Assembly (NCBI GenBank): GCA_050250375.1
Contig: JBFWOS010000001.1
Span: 1,086,361-1,150,360, forward strand
Direction of reading: 5' to 3'
Source: Candidatus Omnitrophota bacterium
GTDB taxonomy: Bacteria > Omnitrophota > Gorgyraeia > Zapsychrales > Zapsychraceae
DNA length: 64,000 nucleotides
In this document: positions 57,881 to 64,000 of the stretch, piece by piece
Numbering within the stretch: position 1 is the first letter of the stretch
How the letters are laid out: each line of letters opens with the position of its first letter
Made by a program: the position numbers and the translations under genes
Notes under the pieces: generated by a model
What the model was told of the DNA's origin: nothing
The model's input: only the letters and a program-made list of their open reading frames with translations
The model's database searches: none

Positions 57881-58809
57881 GACAATCCGAGAGAATCGTA
57901 TCCCAATTCCTGCAGAATGGAAATATCATCCCGCCAGCGTTTACTGACCTTGACATGTGTTTCCAGAAAAACTTTCTGCTCCAATAAGTATTCCAGGTCT
58001 GTTCTGGCCAGCATCCCGACGTTTTTCAGGGTCTGCCCGTTTTTTCCGATGACGATTTCTTTCTGTGTACTTCTTTCGACGTAAATTAATGCCTTAATAT
58101 GCATCGTATTCCCCTTGGCGGGGAGCATCTGTTCAATAAAAACCCCGATCGAATGGGGCAATTCCTCCCGCAGCGTCATGAAAAATTTCTCTCGAATGAT
58201 ATCCGCAATCGCCATCTTTTGCGGCAAATCGGTGATAATATCATCCGCGTAAAAGGCCGGACCTTCCGGCAAATATTCAAAGATAACGTCAATCAATTTA
58301 TCAACATTAATCCCTTTTTCCCCGGATAGGGCGACCAAAGAAATATTTTTCATCTCTGTAATGGGCGTGCCCACAACCTTTTCGTAAAACTGGATGTATT
58401 GATCAACGGCCGCGCTTTTAATGTCCACTTTATTGAGCCCCAGAATAACCGGCACTTTGACATCCTTGACTTTCGCGGCAATATTTTCCTCTTCTTTTCC
58501 AATCCGGCGGCTGGGATCAACCAGATAAATTAAACAATCCACCTGATCAATCGTGGAGACAGAGGCATTGTTCATATACTTATCCAGATTGTCCCCCCCG
58601 GGATGATAACCGGGCGTATCAATAAAAACGATCTGCCCGCGCTGGTCATTGTACATACCCCTGATCTGGTTACGAGTGGTCTGAGGGACCTTGGAAACAA
58701 TTGCTATTTTTTCCCCGACAATCTTATTCAGCAAGGTGGATTTACCGACATTCGGCCGCCCGACGATGGAAACCATCCCCGCCTTGGTTTTGACTTTTTT
58801 CTCTTTCAT
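57877..58809 (-). CDS. era: GTPase Era
   Basis: MVSIVGRPNVGKSTLLNKIVG, G-domain motifs, C-terminal KH domain. 310 aa. Confidence 0.9.
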   Translation of the reverse strand: MKEKKVKTKAGMVSIVGRPNVGKSTLLNKIVGEKIAIVSKVPQTTRNQIRGMYNDQRGQIVFIDTPGYHPGGDNLDKYMNNASVSTIDQVDCLIYLVDPSRRIGKEEENIAAKVKDVKVPVILGLNKVDIKSAAVDQYIQFYEKVVGTPITEMKNISLVALSGEKGINVDKLIDVIFEYLPEGPAFYADDIITDLPQKMAIADIIREKFFMTLREELPHSIGVFIEQMLPAKGNTMHIKALIYVERSTQKEIVIGKNGQTLKNVGMLARTDLEYLLEQKVFLETHVKVSKRWRDDISILQELGYDSLGLS

Positions 58810-59081
58810 TGTTTTAAACCGCCTCTGTATTTTACAGTGACAACCACGACCCCGGAAAAAAGGACCATATTGATGATACTGTATGTTTTGTAAACAAGAT
58901 CCGTTGATGTAAGCGCCGAAGGCAGCATAATGATAAAACAGGAAAAGACACCAATGGCCCAGGTCATACTGATATCTTCCGATGACTTGCGTTTAACAAT
59001 CCTGATAATCAACGGGAGGCTGAAAAACGGAAGCACAACCGCACCGATCATCCCGGAAATATAAATCCAACTAGTTCCCAT
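58806..59081 (-). CDS. Small 3-TM membrane protein, SemiSWEET/PQ-loop-like
   Basis: 91 aa. FSLPLIIRIVKRKSSEDISMTW resembles the PQ-loop (LPQ..R..KTK...GIS) with Q replaced by L. 4-nt overlap with era. Confidence 0.4.
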   Translation of the reverse strand: MGTSWIYISGMIGAVVLPFFSLPLIIRIVKRKSSEDISMTWAIGVFSCFIIMLPSALTSTDLVYKTYSIINMVLFSGVVVVTVKYRGGLKQ

Positions 59082-59086
59082 AATAT

Positions 59087-59994
59087 TTACACCACCGGCA
59101 TAATATGTTTACACAATTCTTTTAACCGGCCGTTGACGCCGGTCATTGTCAGATCAGCGGTCTTGGCCATACCGAAACCTTCCACATTGTACGATGATAG
59201 CGTAGTCGCGTACAAAAGCGCTTTATGGAGCGCCTTCTGTGTGACCCTCCCCGTCTGGGACAAATAGCCCATTAACCCGCCGGCGAATGAATCCCCGGCC
59301 CCGGTCGGGTCAACCACGGTTTCCACAGGATAAGCCGAAAAAGCAAAATGATGCTGATCACTGTAAAACATCACGCCGTTTTCTCCCTTTTTAATGACAA
59401 CCATCCCCGGCCCCATACGGCGGATTGCCTTGGCCGCCTTATGGAGATTTGTCTCTTCCGTCAACAACTTAGCCTCGCGGTCATTCACGATCATCAGATG
59501 AACCTTCTTCATTAAATTTTTAACAGACTTGTTTTTAATATCAATCCAAAGATTCATCGTATCCATACCGATGAATTTCGGGTTGCTCATTAATTTAAGG
59601 AAACTCATCTGGATATCCGGGTCAAAATTCGCCAAAAATACATTCGGTATTTTCTTTTGTTCAGCGGCGACTTGAGGCGTGTATTGCTCCAGAACTCCCA
59701 ACACCGTCGTATGTGTGATGGCTGTGTTCAAATCTTCCTTTTTATATTCTCCCGTCCAGGAAAACGTCTTCCCGTCAGAGATGGTCACCGAATCCAGGTT
59801 AATCCCTTTTTTCTTGAAAAACTTCAGATGCTTATCAGGAAAGTCTTTTCCAATGACACTCACCAGGTTCACCGGTGTAAACAGCCGGGCACAGACAGAG
59901 AAATGACTGGCCGAACCTCCCAGAAGGGATTCCTTTTTTCCTGAAGGTGTTACAAGGTTATCTAAAGCGACTGTACCGATAGTGATTAAACTCA
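59087..59994 (-). CDS. PfkB-family carbohydrate kinase
   Basis: VVDPTGAGDSFAGGLMGYL (DTxGAGDxF signature) and N-terminal GG motif region. Start moved to the Met of MSLITIG (59994) because the upstream 9 codons belong to the conserved leader element. Confidence 0.75.
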
Positions 59995-60042
59995 TATTAC
60001 TCTCCCGTTCATTTTTCATCATTCCGTTTTGAAAGAAATGAA
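59995..60042 (-). promoter_or_regulatory. Conserved leader/RBS element (copy 2 of 3) upstream of the PfkB kinase gene
   Basis: tctcccgttcatttttcatcattccgttttgaaagaaatgaacc. In coding orientation GGTTCATTTCTTTC...GAATGATGAAAAATGAACGGGAGAGTAATATG. GTTCATTT and AAATGAAC can pair, sequestering the region next to the GGGAG SD. Confidence 0.45.
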
Positions 60043-60071
60043 CCTGCCTCGCTCGGCAAGGCGGGCGAGGC
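60043..60071 (-). terminator. GC-rich hairpin after the YjbQ-like gene (homologous to the 52878-52908 hairpin)
   Basis: gcctcgc-tcggcaaggcggg-cgaggc within cctgcctcgctcggcaaggcgggcgaggc. On the minus strand it is followed by aggTTCATTTCTTTC. Confidence 0.45.
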
Positions 60072-60093
60072 TAGCCCTCACTAATTTTTAAAA

Positions 60094-60516
60094 TCAAGGG
60101 CTGCCGATTATTTTGATTAACACCCGTTTTTTCCGGCGGCCGTCGAATTCACCGTAGAATATTTGTTCCCAGGGGCCGAAATCCAACTTCCCGTTGGTTA
60201 CCGCAACAACCACTTCCCGCCCCATGACCTGTCTTTTCAAATGGGCATCTGCGTTGTCTTCACCGGTGTCATTGTGACGATATTGGTCAACCGGGGCATG
60301 CGGGGCCAATTTCTCAAGCCACTTGTCATAATCCTGCAATAATCCCCGTTCGTCATCATTGATATAAACGCTGGCGGAAATATGCATGGCGTTAACGAGA
60401 CACAGCCCCTCTTTGATCCCGCTTTTATCAATCGCTTTCTGAACATCCGGCGTGATATTGAGATACTCACGCCTTGTCTGCGTATTAAACCACAACTCTT
60501 CCCGGTAACTTTTCAT
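60094..60516 (-). CDS. YjbQ/UPF0047 family protein
   Basis: From [10 protein letters not shown]: ...[37 protein letters not shown]...[51 protein letters not shown] matches the UPF0047 pattern. Start moved to 60516. Confidence 0.65.
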   Translation of the reverse strand: MKSYREELWFNTQTRREYLNITPDVQKAIDKSGIKEGLCLVNAMHISASVYINDDERGLLQDYDKWLEKLAPHAPVDQYRHNDTGEDNADAHLKRQVMGREVVVAVTNGKLDFGPWEQIFYGEFDGRRKKRVLIKIIGSP

Positions 60517-60599
60517 CTGTTCTCCCGTTCGTCTTTCATTATTTCCTTTTAGAAGGAAATGAACGAGGCCCGCTTCTGGATTCAAAATCCGGAGCGGCC
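60517..60599 (-). promoter_or_regulatory. Conserved leader/RBS element (copy 3, more diverged) plus small hairpin after the GT-C gene
   Basis: tctcccgttcgtctttcattatttccttttagaaggaaatgaacg. In coding orientation a tiny overlapping uORF ATGAAAGACGAACGGGAGAACAGATGA (MKDERENR, stop overlapping the gene ATG). Hairpin ggattcaaaatcc at 60575-60590. Confidence 0.4.
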
Positions 60600-62351
60600 T
60601 TAAAATCCAATGTCCTGCGGCAAATCCAATTCATCTTTATGATCAATAATGTTCAAAATGAAAGCGTGATACTTTTGATCCGGCAGAACCGTTTTAATGT
60701 CTTCCCATACCTTTCGGGCGGACGGTTCATCCCCTTTCATCAGGTAAATTTGCGTCAAATAACAATACCCACGGTAGGAAGGTGTTAATTCTATACTTTT
60801 TTTAATCTGAAATAAAGCTTTATCTATATCCCCCTTCAATAAATGGATCCGGCCTAAACCCAGATGCAACATGGCATATTCCGGGTAAAAACGGATCCCT
60901 TCTTCCAGATACCGCTGCCCCTCGTCTAATTCCCGCAGTGTACATAACCCCAAAATATAATATGTCCGCGGGTCTTTTAATCCCAGCCGCATCCCCTTTA
61001 GAATAACTTCCTTGGCTTTTTCCAATTCCCCAATCCGTTGATAAGTGATCCCCATAAACAGATGACTGCTCGGATCATTCGGGTGGTTCTGGTATAAACG
61101 AAAAGCCATGATATAGTCGTGACGCCACATGGCGTTGATCTGAACTGTGATGATTCCGCTCGCTCCAATATACCCTAAAGCCAAAATGTAGATAAAATGC
61201 CGCGCCCCGGTCTTCTCATTCAGCCAACGACCTATATCCAGAATTAACCGGGCCAGGATAAAAAGAATGCCCACCGATGGCAAATACATAAAACGGTGCG
61301 CCATCGGGTTCACCAGCGGGATAATATTGGACACCGGGATCAGGGTAATCAGAAACCAGCCCGCAAAAAACTTTATTTCTTTCTGACCCGCGGCCATTTT
61401 ATAGAATAAAAAGAAACTGAGAAAAATAATTAATAAAATCAGCCAGGTGGTCGTCCCCCATGGCTGTCCGATTTGAGGCAGGTAAACCGGCGGCATGACT
61501 TTGACCAGCATCGGAATAAAAAATCCGCTCAGATAATCTCCAAAGATATGAATACAAACCGAAACATGACTTAATAGATTTCCATGAAACCAGCCGATTG
61601 ATCCGGCCGTTTTGTTCGGGAATACAATTAAATAAACGTAGAGATAGACCAAGCATATGGCGACGTATCCGATGTATCGTTTGAGGCGTTCCCCGAAATT
61701 ATCTCTTTTCTCCCCGGGATTGATCCATTGGTCATAAATCAGCAACAAGGCCGGAAAGATAATCACCGATTCTTTAGTAAATACAGCGAATAAAAAGCTG
61801 AACAACGACAACGACCCCATCATTATTTTCTTGGATTGAGAACGGAATAAGATATAAGAGACAAGGGCCGCCAACAAAAAAAAAGTGGATACCAGGTCCG
61901 CCCTGTATCCGATACTGCAGACCGCTTCACTTTTATACGGGTGCACCGCAAACAATAAAGCGGTCAAGAATGAAATGTTGCCGGCCCGGGTGATCAGAAA
62001 CACCAGCGCATAAACCGCGCAAACATTGGCCAGATGCCACAACAAATTTGTCAGGTGGTAACCGAATGGTTTTAACTGCCAAATAAAATAATCCAGAAAA
62101 TATGTCAGCGACAGAACCGGCCGGTAAGCAACCGATCCGGAAAAATAACGGCTCTTGTCCTGAACATTGAGTGCCTCAACAGAACTGGTCAAATATTTTG
62201 AGGTAAACAAATCTTTTGCGTTAGACCATGATGTATAAAAATCATTATCGATGATCAAGAAATTGTCATCCCCGACAAACCCGTTCAACAATGAATTCCC
62301 AAACACAAATACGGTTAAAGCAAATAGGATGATAATTGGTTTTCGATACAT
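60600..62351 (-). CDS. GT-C-type polytopic membrane protein with C-terminal TPR repeats (TMTC/PMT_2-like)
   Basis: ~11 TM helices, then TPR-like repeats ([60 protein letters not shown]). Same architecture as 29744-31636. Confidence 0.55.
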   Translation of the reverse strand: MYRKPIIILFALTVFVFGNSLLNGFVGDDNFLIIDNDFYTSWSNAKDLFTSKYLTSSVEALNVQDKSRYFSGSVAYRPVLSLTYFLDYFIWQLKPFGYHLTNLLWHLANVCAVYALVFLITRAGNISFLTALLFAVHPYKSEAVCSIGYRADLVSTFFLLAALVSYILFRSQSKKIMMGSLSLFSFLFAVFTKESVIIFPALLLIYDQWINPGEKRDNFGERLKRYIGYVAICLVYLYVYLIVFPNKTAGSIGWFHGNLLSHVSVCIHIFGDYLSGFFIPMLVKVMPPVYLPQIGQPWGTTTWLILLIIFLSFFLFYKMAAGQKEIKFFAGWFLITLIPVSNIIPLVNPMAHRFMYLPSVGILFILARLILDIGRWLNEKTGARHFIYILALGYIGASGIITVQINAMWRHDYIMAFRLYQNHPNDPSSHLFMGITYQRIGELEKAKEVILKGMRLGLKDPRTYYILGLCTLRELDEGQRYLEEGIRFYPEYAMLHLGLGRIHLLKGDIDKALFQIKKSIELTPSYRGYCYLTQIYLMKGDEPSARKVWEDIKTVLPDQKYHAFILNIIDHKDELDLPQDIGF

Positions 62352-62357
62352 AAACAG

Positions 62358-62828
62358 TTAAGGTTTGGTAATGATAAAATGATAAAGAATATTACAAAGG
62401 AAAAAAGCCGTGAGAATTAATACAGCATAAAGTAAAAACTTAAACCGGGCTGATTGCCGTAGGAGGGTCAGCGCGTCATCAGCCTTGACAGAGCGGTACT
62501 TCAACCCCAGGACATAACGCACACCTGAAGGAGTTTCTTTTTTTTCATACCATGAAATCTGGGCAATCGCGTTAACGGGACGTTGCGATAATGGGAGATG
62601 AAACTTCAAGACAAGTAAAATATGCTGCTGGTTCAGATATTTGATGGTGGATTCACTCAGCGTATGGGTTTCCAGGCAAACTCCGCCCTTGCTGACATTG
62701 ACCGTGTGCCCTTTTTGACTGCCGACCCCCGGCAGGAGTATGTCCTGCTCATCCATCACGGAGAAATCAACGGGAATCTTTTGGGCAACCCTGAAATATT
62801 TTCTTTTTTCTGAAGTGACGTCGCTCAT
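62358..62828 (-). CDS. PilZ domain protein with C-terminal TM anchor
   Basis: EKRKYFRV (RxxxR-like), NVSKGGVCL (DxSxGG-like), C-terminal hydrophobic helix LLYAVLILTAFFLCNILYHFII. Confidence 0.5.
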   Translation of the reverse strand: MSDVTSEKRKYFRVAQKIPVDFSVMDEQDILLPGVGSQKGHTVNVSKGGVCLETHTLSESTIKYLNQQHILLVLKFHLPLSQRPVNAIAQISWYEKKETPSGVRYVLGLKYRSVKADDALTLLRQSARFKFLLYAVLILTAFFLCNILYHFIITKP

Positions 62829-62839
62829 CGCATCAATTA

Positions 62840-63952
62840 TTATTTAAACTCCCTGGCAAAATTTATCCTTTTTTGGATCGGCGGATGATCATAAAAAAAT
62901 AATTCGATGAACGGGTTTGGCTGAAACTCCGACAGATTCATCCGTCCCAGCTTGTTCATCATGGTGATAAATACATTCGGCTTGCCGGTCATCTCCAAGC
63001 TGAATCGGTCGGCGGATTTTTCCAGGCGGCAACTGTACCAATTGGTGAACGGGGTGATGACTAAACCAAAAACAGAAAATGCTAAAACAAATAACGGTAA
63101 GGAGGCGATGTCATCAATTCCGTGAAAACCGAAAACACCGGATGCCCCTTTTAAAATCTTGTCAATGATATACAGACCGGAAAATATCAACCCGGCGCTG
63201 ACCATCAGCAGTTTTAAAATATCCCGGTGGCAATAATGCCCCAACTCATGCGCAACCACGGCCTCGATTTCTTCATTTTCAAATTCCGACAGCAACGTAT
63301 CACTCAGCACGACCCGGCGTGAATTTCCAAGCCCGCAGATAAAGGCGTTCGCTTTTTTAGTCTTGCTTGAAAAATCAATCGCGTAAATGTCCTTTAGGTT
63401 CGTTTTACATTCCTTAAACAGGGTATGAATACGGTGTTTGAGCGCTTCATTATCGACATTCTTATATTTATAGAACAACGGGACGATCACATTCGGCGTT
63501 AGTTTCGCCAGGACAAAACTTACAAACACCCAGAAAAAACCTGCGGCCAGCCACCAGGTATTTTCCATCCGTCCGAGAAACCAATAGACCGTACAGACCA
63601 GGACGATGGCGAGCACCAAACCCAACAAGGATTTCTTTACATCATCTTTGAACCATTGCCCAAACGTCTGGTTCGACAGCCCGAACCTGTGTTCCCAAAT
63701 ATACCCGTTTAAAAAGCTGAGAGGAAAATGGATGATATACGAAAGCGCTCCCAGCCAAACGACATAAAAAGCATTCCCCGCAACCGAAGGGCCGATAAAC
63801 GAATACGCCGCCTTCTTGATGGCAAACGTCATTCCGCTGTAAAGCAACCCCGAGAGCAAAATTATATCCAATAAAAAACCCGCAAAAAAAATCCGATATT
63901 TCATACCGTGATACTTTTGTGGGTCTTTGGTTGGATTATCCATTATTTTCAA
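62840..63952 (-). CDS. M48 family zinc metallopeptidase (Ste24/HtpX-like)
   Basis: VVAHELGHYCHRD (HExxH). Multiple TM helices. C-terminal FFYDHPPIQKRINFAREF typical of M48A. Confidence 0.8.
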   Translation of the reverse strand: MKIMDNPTKDPQKYHGMKYRIFFAGFLLDIILLSGLLYSGMTFAIKKAAYSFIGPSVAGNAFYVVWLGALSYIIHFPLSFLNGYIWEHRFGLSNQTFGQWFKDDVKKSLLGLVLAIVLVCTVYWFLGRMENTWWLAAGFFWVFVSFVLAKLTPNVIVPLFYKYKNVDNEALKHRIHTLFKECKTNLKDIYAIDFSSKTKKANAFICGLGNSRRVVLSDTLLSEFENEEIEAVVAHELGHYCHRDILKLLMVSAGLIFSGLYIIDKILKGASGVFGFHGIDDIASLPLFVLAFSVFGLVITPFTNWYSCRLEKSADRFSLEMTGKPNVFITMMNKLGRMNLSEFQPNPFIELFFYDHPPIQKRINFAREFK

Positions 63953-64000
63953 CAGGGGCCGTTCGTTTCTTGTACAATGTCGTAAAATATTTCTGAAAAC

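Overview
The window looks like a chromosomal segment from an AT-rich, probably uncultivated anaerobic bacterium. The many B12-binding radical SAM, TPR and GT-C genes are reminiscent of Omnitrophota-like lineages, but I cannot verify this. Almost every gene is on the minus strand.

Layout, left to right:
- 1-3434: a carbohydrate-uptake and phosphorylase pair (a solute-binding protein and a GH94-like phosphorylase).
- 3542-4231: two tandem PilZ c-di-GMP receptors.
- 4475-29575: a roughly 25 kb, tightly packed block of co-directional glycan-tailoring genes. It holds five B12-binding radical SAM enzymes, two paralogous radical SAM/SPASM enzymes, four paralogous TM-anchored split SGNH hydrolases with an inserted TPR domain, GT9, GT2, DegT and SDR genes, a cysteine desulfurase next to a PP-loop ATPase, and polytopic membrane proteins.
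- 29744-38284: five consecutive GT-C-like polytopic membrane proteins. Two or three carry the ArnT/PMT-type DE motif, and one is fused to TPR repeats.
- 38356-46170: a module of secreted cysteine-rich proteins. It contains three tandem paralogous small secreted peptides, a Flp-pilin-like N-terminus fused to a 400-aa Cys-rich domain, a 1420-aa secreted protein built from about 17 tandem six-cysteine modules of roughly 57 aa, and a signal-peptide fibre protein ending in a peptidase-S74 intramolecular chaperone domain.
- 46458-63952: housekeeping genes. These are cvpA-like, mnmE, folC, purH, PfpI, a short rpsU missed by the ORF track, P-II, a KamA-like radical SAM coupled to an ATP-grasp, mgtE, nth, YjeF_N, era, a SemiSWEET-like gene, PfkB, YjbQ, a TMTC-like GT-C/TPR protein, a PilZ protein with a C-terminal TM helix, and an M48 peptidase.

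My main hypothesis is a previously undescribed surface-protein glycosylation and tailoring system. A GT2 polyprenol-P-sugar synthase plus many GT-C transferases would decorate the Thr/Ser/Cys-rich repeat proteins, and the radical SAM, SGNH, DegT, SDR and sulfur-insertion enzymes would tailor the sugars.

I also see a conserved roughly 75-nt intergenic element (terminator hairpin plus leader) repeated before three genes. It implies later start codons than the ORF track gives for the P-II, PfkB and YjbQ genes.

No tRNA, rRNA, CRISPR array or transposase was recognised.
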